From the NCBI GenBank assembly GCA_964016885.1, contig OZ024745.1, positions 24,118,001 through 24,182,000 on the forward strand: a DNA stretch of 64,000 bases, written 5' to 3'. The notes under the pieces were generated by a model. The model did no database searches. It was not told the origin of the DNA and saw nothing but the letters and a program-made list of their open reading frames with translations. The stretch is from Eledone cirrhosa. Taxonomy: Eukaryota. The translations under genes and the position numbers were made by a program. Shown piece by piece: positions 29,497-45,550 of the stretch; position 1 is the stretch's first letter; every line of letters begins with the position of its first letter.

Positions 29497-29588
<92 letters not shown>

Positions 29589-30069
29589 CAAAAAATATTA
29601 ATGAAAGGAACAATTATTATTAAAGAAAAGAGTAAAATAACAAAATTAGCCAACAAATAGAAAATTAATACAATTTATATATAAGTAATATACCTAACAC
29701 GAAGGGAACCCCGTCTTCTCTTGTAAGGTTTGAAAAAAAATGGCGTTTCATATTTGTGATCACGTAGGTGAACACGAAAACCCTTCCGAGAATCTGTTCA
29801 CCAGTTATTATTATTATTATTTCGGTTTAACTATCCCTCATATATTTTCTTATGTGTGCCTACATTTGCCGGTTGAATTTGTGTGACTTCCTATCAAAGT
29901 GATGTGATACACTAATACTTTAAAAAAAAAATACTGGTTTCATGAAGAAATATCACAGTGGGATCACAATACAAACGACACACGCACATACATATATATA
30001 TATATAAAAACACACACATACATACACACACAAATCTCTGCCTCTCTCTCTCTCTTTCTCTCTCTCTCT

Positions 30070-30113
<44 letters not shown>

Positions 30114-30337
30114 ATATACATATGTACGTGTATGTAGGAGAGTGTTTATGTCTCATCATTTTCTAAACCACCTTATTTAGAGAGAGTGAATGACACATAC
30201 ATTTAAGCGGGTATATTGTTAGTTACATAATATACATATTTACACATATACATACATACAAACATAGATACATACACATACATGCGTATATACATACATA
30301 CAAACATACGTACGTACATACATACATACGTACATAC

Positions 30338-30944
30338 ATGGTGGCTGCCAACTCGTTTTCAAGTACGGCCACTACTTTATATCCATGTAGGGGAACCCCT
30401 ACCGATGCGCTGCACGAGTGTGACTTTTTAGTCCAGCCAGCGACTTGAAAACTCTGATACAAACACTACACCTGTGACAATTATTGACACATATTGCTGG
30501 GCCCATGGTACCATGTGATGACAAGTGCAGAGAGATCTCCAGATATAAAACAATGCCTGTGCCGTGAAGCTTTTATAGTGAGCAAAGGCACTGCACAAAG
30601 CCAGTCCCACTCTCTTAACCAAGATGATATTTACCAAAAAGAACAAGTCAACATCATTACATACCATCAGGGTTGCAGGTGTTATATCAGAGTTTTCCTT
30701 CTCCTAGAATTCTGCCTTGACAAAGGTTAAGGGGTCATCTCTCCCGGTGATTTTCGATGGCCATTGACTCTTAAGAGCTCCTTTGCCATTTGACAGGTTT
30801 TGTTTTTAGTCCTGTAGGATGTCCAAAGTTACCCTCTTCACCAAGAAACCTTGGTGGGGTTATCAGTTTAGTTGCCAACGACCCGACCATGAGACAGGTT
30901 GTACTGGGATACATGTTACCAGTAGCACCAACTGGTGACCTGAC
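30338..30944 (-). mobile_element. ~610-bp non-autonomous RTE-related element (copies 47651-47935 partial, 52289-52898, 54437-55046)
   Basis: Three near-identical full copies with sharp ends in (TATG)n. Contains RTE 5'UTR-like ctaggagaaggaaaactctga. No credible ORF. Confidence 0.75.
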
Positions 30945-31026
30945 ATAAATATATAAATATATATACATACATATATACATACATATATATACATATATAT
31001 ATATATGTACATACATATATACATAC

Positions 31027-31061
<35 letters not shown>

Positions 31062-31080
31062 CATACATATATATATATAC

Positions 31081-31135
<55 letters not shown>

Positions 31136-31139
<4 letters not shown>

Positions 31140-31765
31140 GTAGTGGATTATTGTATGCGCCTTGCACTGGAGAAACACCAGGACTTTGGCTTTACTGTAG
31201 CACCGGCTCAGAGCAGGAGAGTTAGGGCGAAAAAGGTATCGGATGCTGAATTTGCCGACGACATAGTTTTGGTGACAAATACAGTGAAGGAAGCAGAGGA
31301 TTTGATGCAGGAGATTGAGACTGTGTCGATGAGTGTGGGGTTGAGAATGAATGAGACTAAAACAAAATATCTGGTAGAGAATGTTGAGAAGCCAGAGGGG
31401 ATCACTAATGTAGGCGGGAAGCCGCTGGAATTGGTTGAGGACTTCTAGTATTTGGGAGCAAAGATTGGGAATACATAGGGAAGATGATGTGGTTGAGATC
31501 GGTGTGGAAGTCGGACCTTCGTAAAGACCTGAAAATCCGCCTCTTCATTACTGTAGTGGAGTCTGTGCTGCTGTACGGGTCTGAGACTTGGACACTGACC
31601 AAGAAACTCACTCAGATGGTGGATGGGTGCTACACGAGAATGCTGAGGAGGGCTCTGAACATTAATCAGTATACACTGAGGATGAAAAACTCAGAGCTGT
31701 ATGGGAGCCTCCCAAAAGTCAGCTCAAATGTGACAGAGGTTAGCTGGACATGCTCACCGACACCC
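31136..31765 (+). mobile_element. RTE-clade LINE RT fragment
   Basis: IVVDYCMR...EFADDIVL...LLYGSETWTLTK; same family as 12612-13240, with an in-frame stop and a deletion. Confidence 0.9.
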
Positions 31766-31882
31766 AGAGCTCAGCCGTTGGGGTCTTACTGGTTCCTATT
31801 ACCCACTCTACTACCCCAAGTATTGAGTACTTTGGTGCGTTGAGTACTTTGGTCCACCTGGTACCTTACCACATTTCCTTCG

Positions 31883-31945
<63 letters not shown>

Positions 31946-31948
<3 letters not shown>

Positions 31949-33032
31949 TTGCGAGGTTTTTGATATGAAATCGTGTGTCGAAACAAATATTGTTATACTT
32001 GGGGAGGGTCATATTTGTGTAATAATATTGCCAGAATTAATAACAGAACACACTCACTGTTTGGTTGGTTTTCGCTTCTGTGTTTTTCATATCGGTTAAT
32101 TTAATTTATTCGGTCCTCAATGTTACCATTGACTGACGAACGGTCAAAAATACATATACAATATAGACACAAACACATATATATAGTCTATCAAAGTTCT
32201 TTCGTTGCACATCTGCAACATCGTCAGTGGTGCTATTATGTTTCCTCCCGTTGCATTGTATGCCTACGCCATCTTTATTTAGTCTGTTTATTTATTTATT
32301 TGTTTATTTCTTGTCTTCTCTGCGCATGCGTTTGCGTGTGTGTATAGTGTTTTGTTTGATGTGTATTCTTGTTTGGGTGACTGTGTATTGGTTAATGTAT
32401 TCTATCTTAGTTTACTAGTGTGTGTTTATATATGTTTGTTGTTATTGTGCTTGTGTATGTATTTATTTATTTATAAATGTATGTATTTATGTATTTATGT
32501 ATTTATTCATAAATGTATGTATTTATTTATAAATAAATAAATAAATACATACACAAGCACAATAACAACAAACATATATAAACACACACTAGTAAACAAA
32601 GATAGAATACATTAACCAATACACAGTCACCCAAACAAGAACACACATCAAACAAAACACTATACACACACGCAAACGCATGCGCAGAGAAGACAAACAA
32701 ATAAACAAATAAATAAATAAATAAACAGACTAAATAAAGATGGCGTAGAAAATACAATGCAACGGGAGGAAACATAATAGCACCACTGACGATGTTGCAG
32801 ATGTGCAACGAAAGAACTTTGATAGACTATATATATGTGTTTGTGTCTATATTGTATATGTATTTTTGACCGTTGGTCAGTCAATGGAAACATTGAGGAC
32901 CGAATAAATTAAATTAACCGATATAAAAGACACAGAAGCGAAAAGCGAAAACCAACCAAACAGTGAGTGTGTTCTGTTATTAATTCTGGCAATATTATTA
33001 CACAAATATGACCCTCCCCAAGTATAACAATA
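31946..33032. mobile_element. inverted pair of Penelope pLTRs (family of 19053-20120), each with a hammerhead
   Basis: Arms meet near 32528. Plus strand 32784-32824: CA-CTGACGA-t-GTTGCA gatg TGCAAC-GAAA-GAAC-TT-TG; mirror copy at ~32190-32230. Confidence 0.85.
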
Positions 33033-33042
33033 TATATATATA

Positions 33043-33102
<60 letters not shown>

Positions 33103-33108
<6 letters not shown>

Positions 33109-33655
33109 AATAACAGGAGGATGGAGTGGTGTAATTCCTTAAAGGTTTATTATACTATGAACATTTCAATGACCGGTTTCAGTATGAATCCGGTGACATC
33201 ATCAGGTATTCCGAAATTTATCCAACAAAGGAATATGATAGACACAATCCAAGGGGCTGAAAAGCAGAGAGAGATGCCCAAGACGAGAAGGCGGCCCAAA
33301 ATTAGCAGCTGCTAGGCCGGGTGGACTTGAAGGTGGCCACCCGGACTAGCTACTGCTAATTTTTGGCCGCCTTCTCGTCTTGGGCATCTCTCTCTGCTTT
33401 TCAGCCCCTTGGATTGTGTCTATTATATTCCTTTGTTGGATACATTTTTGGATAAATTCCTTTGTTGGATAAAGGAATTTCACCAGTCCAGCCTTCTGTT
33501 ATTTTATAATAATTAACTCCGTACTCGCACAACCAACAACGCAAACGAAGACGGGTGAGTTGCATTACGTCGAGTGTTCTCCCTAATATTACATCAAGGT
33601 TGACTATACGGAATGACCAGTTCTATCCAGCGGTGAACCAACAAACCTAAATGAA
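33103..33655. mobile_element. Penelope-like inverted remnant with hammerhead core at 33171-33205 (-)
   Basis: 33220-33326 is inverted at 33336-33442, and 33103-33140 is inverted at ~33473-33510. Minus strand CTGATGA..GAAA-CCGG-TC. Confidence 0.65.
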
Positions 33656-34384
33656 TATATATATATAGGAAAATGTTCAAGACCCTGATGGCAGAGCTCA
33701 AGCCGTCCAGAAATAGCCGTCGAAACGGCTTGAGCTCTGCCGTCGGGGTCTTGAACATTTTCCTATTACCCACTCTACTACCCTGAGTATTGAGTACGCT
33801 GGTGCGTTATGGTCCACTTTGCTCCTTACCACATTTCCTAAGCTTTTTACATTCATATGATTTATTGATTTATTGATATTTTATCTGAGTGACCCGAATC
33901 TTCCAGATCGTAATTTTTCGGTCGTATGGTTGATTTTAGACATGATCTATGTGTGTTGGTATTTTAACGATAGTTATAGCTCTGATTTATCTGAATTATT
34001 GAGCCCTCTGCCACTCATATCGAATTTTGTTTATCGTGAACTCGTGCGCCGATTTTTCGATATTCGATTATTCTACTATATATATATATATATATATATA
34101 TACTAATGATAATAAAAAGGACGAAGTGTTAGATCTTCATTACGTTTATTGAAGTGTGACGCGCGTTTCGCGATTGATCAGCTGAAGGTTCGATCTGTAT
34201 CGATCTGGCCCGACTCTGATTAGTATAACACCAATATACCTACTGGAAACTACTCATCGAGTGGTCACTCTCGTGAAACTGATGAAACAACAATAACTGG
34301 AGTTTACACTCCCTGAATACACACACACACACACATATATATATATATGTATATATATATATATGTGTATATATATATATACAC

Positions 34385-34448
<64 letters not shown>

Positions 34449-34483
34449 ATATATATATGTATATATATGTATATATATATATA

Positions 34484-34544
<61 letters not shown>

Positions 34545-34547
34545 ATA

Positions 34548-34670
<123 letters not shown>

Positions 34671-34702
34671 AGATCAAAAGATGGTTAAAGGAGTTCCATG
34701 TA

Positions 34703-34769
34703 TTTTATTATGCGCATTTCAAAAACAAACATCATCATGCAATAATATTTGTGTTTTCATCAGATAAAA
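34703..34769 (-). ncRNA. type I hammerhead ribozyme
   Basis: Minus strand TTTTAT-CTGATGA-aaacACAAATATTAT..ATGATGTTTGTtttt-GAAA-TGCGCA-TA-ATAAAA. Confidence 0.8.
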
Positions 34770-34824
34770 CAGGAGAACATGATATGAAGGCTAAAAAACA
34801 CTTGTGGATAGTGCAGTTTTAAAT

Positions 34825-34906
<82 letters not shown>

Positions 34907-34911
34907 GTATA

Positions 34912-34966
<55 letters not shown>

Positions 34967-35052
34967 CTTTGAATGGAAAAAAAAAAAAAAATATATATAT
35001 ATATACATATATATACATATATATATGTATATATACATATATATATATATAC

Positions 35053-35099
<47 letters not shown>

Positions 35100-35100
35100 C

Positions 35101-35161
<61 letters not shown>

Positions 35162-35173
35162 CATATATATACA

Positions 35174-35272
<99 letters not shown>

Positions 35273-35319
35273 CATATATATACATATATATATGTATATA
35301 TACATATATATATATATAC

Positions 35320-35366
<47 letters not shown>

Positions 35367-35367
35367 C

Positions 35368-35428
<61 letters not shown>

Positions 35429-35440
35429 CATATATATACA

Positions 35441-35550
<110 letters not shown>

Positions 35551-35719
35551 TCAGATATTACCTGAGTGTAGATATGATGTGGCGGTTATGAAGTATCATA
35601 TGCCGTGACACTGTGACCAAATTACTATATTGTTTAATTATTCAATAGATATCTGAAATAAAACGTTGAAGAGACTCAAAGGAGATTTCAAGCGAGACTA
35701 ATTTTCAACAGCCTTGCAT

Positions 35720-36085
35720 ACACACGCATTGAAAGACACACATAGATTCTAAGACACACATACACACTCATTCAAAGACATACATACACATGCATAAACA
35801 AATACACATACATTCAGGGACACACATACACAAGCATTCAAAGACACACATACACACGCATTTAAAGACACACTTACCATACGCATTTAAAGACACACAT
35901 ACATATGCATTTAAAGACACACATACATACGCATTTAAAGACACACAGGTACACTCATTCAAAGACACACATACACACGCATAAACAAATACACATACAT
36001 TCAGGGACATACATACACAAGCATTCAAAGACACACGCATTTAAAGACACACTACTGACACGCATTTAAAGACACACACACATAC
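35720..36085. repeat. ~24-bp minisatellite (cacgcatttaaagacacacataca)
   Basis: Direct inspection. Confidence 0.85.
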
Positions 36086-36291
36086 ACAAATATACATACA
36101 TGCGTCTATACGCATTCGTGCCCGCGCTCAGTCATATATATATACCAGTATGTAGGTGTGTTGTGAAGAATTATTTGTGTCACTGTTTATTATATATATC
36201 TATCTATATATGAAATTTAATAAGTCCAGATCTGTTCCAAGGTCATAAACAACAAGAACTGTGAATAAATTAATAAATAAATAAAGTAAGT

Positions 36292-36353
<62 letters not shown>

Positions 36354-36707
36354 TAATGATAAATATTGAAGTGAGATTATAAAAAAATAATTTAAAACTG
36401 ATAGAAAAATTAAGAAAACGAAATTCTTATTTCATTTCAATGCGTTTCCTGAGCATCGTAGGATGACTGTTGGGTCTTTTACTGAATATTTTTTCATATA
36501 TGACATAAGCTACGTGACTGGGCAATTGAAAGAAAAAAAGGGAGCTTTAACCGGCGGCAGATTTAATCGTGATTCTCTCTATTATTAAGGAAGAAGGATT
36601 GCGAGAAAGGAAGCTAATCCACATATATAGACACATATAGAAGCGCAATGATACACCCACACACACACAGACAATAATACATACTTACACATATATATAT
36701 GTAGGTA

Positions 36708-36844
<137 letters not shown>

Positions 36845-37186
36845 TTATTTTCATAATTCCGCACGAGGTGAACTAGCCTGCTTTTAAATTCCCTTTCTGG
36901 CATATTTTGGCAGTGGATTTTTGGTTATCTACTGATGAGCGATTCCAACCGTGGCTAATCCCACTCAAAGGTTTTATTTTATTTCATTCTGAGTTAAGAC
37001 TCTATTGGGTTTTTTCCCGTGGATTTCACAAAATCTGTGGATAAAATCTGTCTTGATTTTTTTTAAAATTGAGTTTGAATTATTTTTCCATATCTTACGT
37101 TAAATATTTTTCCATTTTGACGTTATAGTCACTTATATATTATAAAATACTGTTGGCTTCTTGCTCACATTAATTTCTCTACTTTC

Positions 37187-37337
<151 letters not shown>

Positions 37338-37791
37338 TGTGAGTGTATGTATGTAAGTATGTATCTACGTATGTATGTTAAGGGTATTTTTATAAGGCCT
37401 TAAACATCTAAACAAATAACTTTTCATTCTGAGTTACCCTGCCTGTGTTCCAAACCCCGAATTTCAGGATCTAATCATCGCCATATGTACTGGATTCATA
37501 TCCACCGTTTTCCCCAGTTCAGTTTCATAATTCTCATGATTTTCTAGAAGATGTAATGCGCATTATTCAATATCGTGGGCAACGTTCGAGTGAATTTTGT
37601 TAATGCCCTATCATATGATACATTAACAACAGTTTCCAACATAGGCAGAAGACCAGCGTTTAGGGGGAGGGAAATCGGTCAAATTGATCCCGGAATGGTA
37701 CAATCGTCCTCAATGGAAATCTGTGGAAATCTCTGGACGCCATGACGGAATTTAACCATCTAACATAGTCAAGGTATGTCAAGCATCATCT

Positions 37792-37858
37792 TATTTTATC
37801 TGATGAGGACGTACTGTTGAAGATAGCTCAGTACCTCTGAAATATGTATAATAAAATA
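37792..37858 (+). ncRNA. type I hammerhead ribozyme
   Basis: TATTTTAT-CTGATGA-ggacGTACTG..CAGTACctct-GAAA-TATGTA-TA-ATAAAATA. 8-bp stem I. Confidence 0.85.
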
Positions 37859-37930
37859 TACTTGATCACACGAATGTCTATATTTGTTAATATTTTGAAG
37901 TAATATTAATAACTCCGGAAAACCATTGTG

Positions 37931-37967
<37 letters not shown>

Positions 37968-37970
37968 CTG

Positions 37971-38012
<42 letters not shown>

Positions 38013-38169
38013 CTACATTCGATATATATCGTCGTTAATGTATACATATATATCAAGTCAGCAAATACCAACAAAGGAATATGTTTAGAACACATTCTAC
38101 GTCGATAAAATAGTATACACACCGTGTATGGTAGCCAAGTATTTTCACTACACTGACATACATGAAAGC

Positions 38170-38246
<77 letters not shown>

Positions 38247-38256
38247 CTATCTATCA

Positions 38257-38349
<93 letters not shown>

Positions 38350-38359
38350 CACACATACG

Positions 38360-38390
<31 letters not shown>

Positions 38391-38393
38391 CAG

Positions 38394-38460
<67 letters not shown>

Positions 38461-38466
38461 ATATAC

Positions 38467-38651
<185 letters not shown>

Positions 38652-38658
38652 TATATAT

Positions 38659-38715
<57 letters not shown>

Positions 38716-38882
38716 TATATATATATGTATATATAAATTCATCCACACAAACATATATACCTGAACATCATATAAACATAACCACACGTACAATATACGC
38801 ATTCATGCGTGTGCGTGTGTGTAGATGTATGCGTGTGCGTGTGTATGTGTCTGTGTGTGGGCATGTATGGGTATATATATGC

Positions 38883-38913
<31 letters not shown>

Positions 38914-39681
38914 GTAGAGTGTATCAGTTAAGGATCATTAAATGTTCAGAGATGGATTTAGGTGAAGTATTTTCACACAGTTACCAAGTCAGAGAAACGT
39001 TTTTCTCGGTGTGTACGTGTGCATATGTGTATGTGTGTATATACGTTTGCATTTCTTTGTAATTGACACTGTTTGTGTAGGTGTGTGTATACGAGTGTGT
39101 GTGAGTGTGTGTGTGTGTGTGTGTGAGTGTGTAATGTGCGTGAGAGAGAGAGTTTGCGTAACTATGTAAGTGTGAATATGTTTTGTGCGTGGGCTTGTGT
39201 TAAATTTTTTTTTTGCTGTTGTTGTTTTTCTCGCTCATATTCCAGCTGGCGGCCATTTTTTATTCCTATATTTATTTATTTATCTATTTATTTTCTATGA
39301 GTATTTGTTCGCTGGCGATATGTAGCAAAAAAAGATAGAAACAACAACAATCTGACTCACGAACACACTCAGACATCCACCCACACCTACACGTACACAC
39401 ACAGACGTGCACATACAGATATACATATAAATAAAAAGAGAAATATGTAAGCTAATTTGTGGAGGTGCCGATACAAAGAGGGACATGAGTTTTTTTGTTT
39501 TTTTTTGAAAGAGGAAATAACTTATAAATAAGAGAGCGTGTATAAGAGAAAGCAAGGAAAGAAGAAAGGGACAAAGAGCAATGCAGGGATAAAGATCACT
39601 ACGAAGAGATAACTAGAGAGAGACAGATGGGGAGGGGGAATATCCGCTTGTATGTATCCTTGTATATATCTCTCACTCTCA

Positions 39682-39780
<99 letters not shown>

Positions 39781-39848
39781 TGCCTTCCCACTTTTCTTTG
39801 TGTATATGTGTATGTATATTATATATATATATATGTATGTATATGTAC

Positions 39849-39880
<32 letters not shown>

Positions 39881-39917
39881 ATACATATATGTACATATAT
39901 GTACATATATATATATT

Positions 39918-39969
<52 letters not shown>

Positions 39970-40077
39970 TGTATATATATATGTATATATATATATATTT
40001 ATATATATATTCATTTATATATGAATCTATAATATATATATATTCATTTATATATGAATATATATATGTATATATAA

Positions 40078-40111
<34 letters not shown>

Positions 40112-40142
40112 ATTATATACACACACACGCACATACACACAC

Positions 40143-40186
<44 letters not shown>

Positions 40187-40279
40187 CCTACATACATACA
40201 TATATACAAAGCAGGCTGTGACTACAAAGTCACCCATTGAAAGATAATCACCCCCCCCCCCCACTCCCTATGTAGAGAC

Positions 40280-41210
40280 AGAATGGTCAGATAGACCTAA
40301 CAGTAAATAAAGCTGAAATCCATACTTCTGTACAAACAAGAACACCAAATACTCGTGGACACCTTACAAGTGATCTGGGATGATATATTTCATCAGGTTC
40401 ACAACTGAATTTTAGTGACAAGCCATACAACACCAATATAAGTAAAGAACCCACTACATTAGAAGCAGTAAATGAAATAGCAGACAATTATCTGAAGCCT
40501 ACACAGTCCAGAGTTTTATGAAAATAACCAACGACATCGTTAACCTTTTGATATAAGTCTTAGCTATCACATTGTTAGCATTTCGTAAAAAGCTAAATAT
40601 ATGCAATCGAGATACAAACAGAAAACTGGACCATAATGTGCACGTAACTTAAAAAATAAAATGTTAATCCTGCAAAGAAGTAGCTCACAGATTGTTGTAA
40701 TTATGACTTTCAGACAAGAACAGGAAGAATTAAAACCCAGAGAGAGACGATTTGGAGATATAGAATATTAAAGTCTAAAGTCTAAAGTCCAAAATACACC
40801 TGCTGAAGAACAACTCACAGCTGTAAAAATAAATACAAATCTAAAGCATATAAACAGCAAATGTTTAATCGATTATTTGCCAGAGATCCCAAGTCAGTAT
40901 ACCGTAGCTTCAATCTGAAAGACTCTATCTCTGTAAAGCTCATCCCGACGAAAGATCAGGTTGAGAGCTCCTGAAGATCTGTATGGGAAACATATGATGA
41001 AATCAACAAACAAGCTGTATGGCTAAAAGAACTGGAGCAGCATAACTGCCAGCATGTCCAGCAAAAGAAATACGTAATAAAATACTGGAAACAGCTCTAC
41101 AGAAAATGTCAAACAGGAAATTCTCATGCTCAGACATTATAAAAGGTATTGACTGAAGAACTTCACCAAGAATACACGAGAAGTCCCCCAATAAGACGCT
41201 TAAATACATG
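40280..41210 (+). mobile_element. old, decayed R4/Dong-like retroelement pre-RT region
   Basis: Frameshifted peptides LEAVNEIADNYL, FNRLFARDPKSVYRS and INKQAVWLKELEQH align by eye with ORF 50766-51389 and its continuation. Confidence 0.6.
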
Positions 41211-41388
41211 CCAGGAAACGTTTTATACATTATATGTGTTTGTGTATATTCTATGTTTGTATTGAGACCATCAAGCAGATAGTTAAATAAAAAAGACAGC
41301 TACAAAGTTGAAAAATAGATAGATAGGTATATATATATATATATGGGGGGGGTATGTGTGTGTGTGTGCGGGTGTGTGGGTGGGTGTG

Positions 41389-41479
<91 letters not shown>

Positions 41480-41854
41480 AGGAGAACGAGAGAGAGAGAG
41501 AGAATAATTGACAATGAGATGAGAGTATGGTCAAACTATGGAAACAGAATTTCCGATCGTAAATTTTCTTTTCAGCTTGCATCAGCCATTTTGTTTTTTG
41601 TTTGTGTGTGTAGGTGTGTAGGGTGTATTTCTGTGTTTCTATTTGTACATCATGTGATAGTTTGTGTGTGCGTATTTGATATATTTGTTCGTTTCTCTCT
41701 GATTGTGGTATTATTCCTATTTTTGTTTAAGCTTTGTTAACGTTGTGTGGGCCTGAGTATGTATTGGAGTTGTTTTGCTTTTGTTTTTCCTGAATACTTT
41801 TTAAATATAAACACACACTTCTGTCATTTGTATTATTTACTTTGTCTATGCACT

Positions 41855-41908
<54 letters not shown>

Positions 41909-42122
41909 AGTAATTCTGTATGTGGTTGGGCGTGTGTGGTTGGGCGTGTGTGTGTGTGTGTGCGTGCGTATGTGTGTGCAGATGCATGTATTTTTGTATA
42001 TATATATGCGTGTGTTTGCGTTTATATTCTATTCTATGCGTATGTATTGTTTTCTATATGCAAATACATGTGTAGACATGTGAGCATATGTATGTTTTGT
42101 GTGTTAGTGCTTGTACTTGTGC

Positions 42123-42156
<34 letters not shown>

Positions 42157-42804
42157 GATTTTGTATGTTCATGCATACATTTTTCATGTTAACGAATGCT
42201 AGCAAATTTCGGAGTGCTTCTTGTTTGTATTTAACTGAAGTGCACCTAGGCATGTATCTGTGAGGTGTGCGTTTGTATGTGTTTCTGTTTGTATGTAATA
42301 CGTGATTAAGTATGAATTATATCACTGTAATATGTCTCTGTGTTTGTCTATATATTGGCTATTTTCTGTGGTCGATAAACAAAGTACCAGTAATGCACCA
42401 GAATCGATTTAATCGTCATTCCCCTCCCCCGATATTATTAGCCTTGTGCCTAAATCAGAAACCAGTAGTATTATTGTTGTTGTTGTTGCTGCGTTTGTTT
42501 ATTTCACACGTGTTATCTTAACGGATAGCGGAAGTTTCTGGCACAGAGAGCCGAAGTGAATACAGCTAAGCATTCTATTTGACGTTCTAACGACTCATTT
42601 AGCATACCAGCACATATAAGGACCATTAATGCATTTCAGAACACATATAACACGAAATACTCGTGGAAACACCCACAACTGGTCAGAAAGACAGATCATC
42701 CATGTGTGTGTGTGTGTGTTAGTGTGTATGTGCGGATATATGTAGGGAAGTGTGTATGTGTGTGTATACACAAATTCGTGTTATACACTTTCTATCAATC
42801 TATC

Positions 42805-43815
42805 GGTCTCCGCTTGACCCACGGCTGCAGCTCCGTCAGTGATGACGGTGCTGCAGTCTTGGGTCAAGCGGAGACCGGAGAAGATGGGCGCCTGGCACAT
42901 TTAATGCGCTCAGGCACTCACAGTCCTCTGTCAAGCGGGGATGGCAATCAGTGGAGACTCCACTTCGACATTCTATAGAGGGTTAGTACGTCACAAGGGC
43001 GACGACGTGCTCGGAGAGACTCTAGGTGTCGAAGACGACGAACTCACCAGTCTGTTTGGTAGGACTTTCCTCCCGGGACCTATGGACAACTTCCAGAGGT
43101 CCCTGGCCTGGCAGTGCTACCGAGAAGCTCCACCCGTTCGTGACAAGATCTACAGGCACGAACAGGGATCCTTCAAAGAGGACATGTCCAAGATGCGTGC
43201 AGGACATTGAAACCATCTTGCACGCAATTGTACACTGCCCGGGCGTGAGCGACCTGTGGAAATATGCAGAACAACTGATGTCGCGTATGGGACAAACCAG
43301 TTGACTGCCGAGTCCATAGTAAGGATCATACCACCAGCCTCTTTCAAAAACGAAAGAGAGGCGTATTTCCTCTGAATAATGGCTATGGTGAAAGAGGTTA
43401 TATGGTGGACGAGATTGAGAGGACTGAGGACAGATGCCTTTCTCTCCAGACAACAATTGATTCCCTTCTTTAAGTTTCACTTTAGAAGGAGAATCAGAGT
43501 GGAGAGAGAGGCACTGCACCCCAGTAAATTTACTGAAAGGTGGGTGAATGAAGCGAAAATGGCCCGAGTTTATAAGCCTGTGGATTAAAGAAGAGAGCAA
43601 AAGGAAGAAAGGAGCACTTACACAACACGCTCCTGCAGTTGAGGGTTGTTCTATCGACGGGGTATTAAACACCCATTTGTGGCGCCTCCCTACTATTGGG
43701 GATTTCGATTGTTATAATTGTTTGTTTCAATATTTTTACATGATTGTATGTAAAATCCCTGGCATGTGTCTTTGTATTGTCCCCTTTTCTTGTGCGCCCT
43801 TGTGACAAATAAAGA
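42805..43815 (+). mobile_element. Tx1-like LINE 3' fragment with short 5' inversion
   Basis: AISGDSTSTFYRGL..PGPMDNFQRSLAWQCYR, CPRC, 3' UTR. 42807-42838 is inverted relative to 42843-42874. Confidence 0.9.
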
Positions 43816-43857
43816 AATATATCTATATACCTATCTATTTATCTATCTATCTATCTG

Positions 43858-44136
43858 TGTGGCTGTCGTTTGAGACAAGCTCTTCCACAACTCGTCTCAC
43901 TAACAGAGCTGCAGTCCTGGGTCAAGCGAAGACCAAAAATGGGTGCCTGGCACCTCGAGTGCCTACAGGCGCTCACAGCCCTCTACCAAGCGGAAACGGC
44001 AATCAGCGGAGACTCTACTTCGACATTCTATAGGAGATTAGTGGAGGATAAGTGCGACGATGTTCTCGGGGAAACTCTAGGCATCGAGGAGGACGAACTG
44101 ACCAGTCTGTTCGGGAGGACTTTCCGTCCAGGGCCT
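43858..44136 (+). mobile_element. Tx1-like LINE internal fragment
   Basis: LVSLTELQSWVKRRPKMGAWHLEC...FGRTFRPGP. Confidence 0.9.
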
Positions 44137-44450
44137 ATATGTATATATTTGTGGGGGTGTACAAGTTTATAGACATATAGATATATTCTTTATAGATATA
44201 TATAATAGCGGCGTGCCATGTAATATGTGACATCATATCAGCTGTTTTGTCTGTTTTCCATGAATGAAACATCAAGAATTGTATTCCTGTGTACTTCTGA
44301 ATGGATTCTATTTGTTTATTTAGTGTTGTATCAATGTCTGTGACGAAAGAATTCCTCTCACCAATCAGCAGAGGCTTACACGAAGATAACAGATTCCACA
44401 AATTATTCAACTGAAAATATATTATTGCAAACGAGATGCTCAGTAAATAT

Positions 44451-44649
44451 TACAAGGTTCGGCTGAAAAGTTCATAAGGTGACTATGATACTCTCATGGA
44501 CCGACCAAATGAGGTTTATTTTTCAATATAGCTCCTAGAAAGTAACAATGTATTAATTTATAAGAAAAGTTAAAATTAATTCATGTCAGATTTCACAGCT
44601 CTAGCATCATTCCTTCATACTCAGTCTATAAACCTTTCAACCGACCCTC

Positions 44650-44652
<3 letters not shown>
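44451..44652. mobile_element. mariner-type MITE (another copy at ~45555-45745)
   Basis: TA-caaggttcggctgaaaagttcata...tataaacctttcaaccgaccctcg-TA. Confidence 0.75.
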
Positions 44653-44691
<39 letters not shown>

Positions 44692-44695
<4 letters not shown>

Positions 44696-45486
44696 TTAAT
44701 ATAGATGAGATTCTACAGGACTAGAACTGTTTCATTCATTAGAAATCATCAGGAATCTGGGTATCAAAAAATAAAAATGGTATTTATAGGTCTCTACAAG
44801 TGGTAGGAGAGGGTGGGGAGTGGGATGGGTGTAGGTCATTGGTTGATAGAAAAGGGAATTCATTAAAAGCTATAGTTTATTTTTATTTTTATTTATTTAT
44901 GTCTGTTGATTTGTGGCATATAGTTGATTAGTTTAAGAGAAGTTCGAAGATAATTGTAAGATATGCACTCAGTATTTTGAATCTGTCTTCAGAATCCTCT
45001 AAACCTCTGTCACTTAGTAGAACCTTAATGATTTTAGCTTTTAAAGAATCTCCCTTTTCTTTAATTCTATCGACCATGACTGACCCCCCACTGATCTTAT
45101 AGACATCTGTTAGCTTAAGAGAAACTTAATGACAAGGAATGGTATGCCATCCGGAACCTGTTTATAGAATTCTGTCTGCCCTTGTTACTCTAAAAACATA
45201 AATAAATAAAAATAAAAATAAACTATAGCTTTGTAGAATTAGCTTTTAATGAATTCCCTTTTCTATCAACCAATGACCTACACCCATCCCACTCCCCACC
45301 CTCTCCTACCACTTGTAGAGACCTATAAATACCATTTTTATTTTTTGATACCCAGATTCCTGATGATTTCTAATGAATGAAACAGTTCTAGTCCTGTAAA
45401 ATCTCATCTATATTAAAACTTTTATACTCTGCTATGTATTGAGTACCTTACTTACTGTGGTTACCTCCGATTCAACCCGGAATAAC

Positions 45487-45488
<2 letters not shown>
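44692..45488 (+). mobile_element. Penelope-like inverted pLTR pair with hammerheads (44708-44758 -, 45354-45404 +) and CCAAT/TATA elements
   Basis: AGATTC-CTGATGA-tTTC taat GAAt-GAAA-CAG..CTG-TA-GAATCT. aaccaatga and cctataaata lie upstream. A possible GIY-YIG C-terminal remnant (..LINYMPQIN) is on the minus arm. Confidence 0.85.

Positions 45489-45550
<62 letters not shown>

Noticed and set aside
30428-30730. Recurrent ~79-aa ORFs in the 610-bp element
   Set aside because: They recur only because the copies are young, and have no recognisable domain on either strand.
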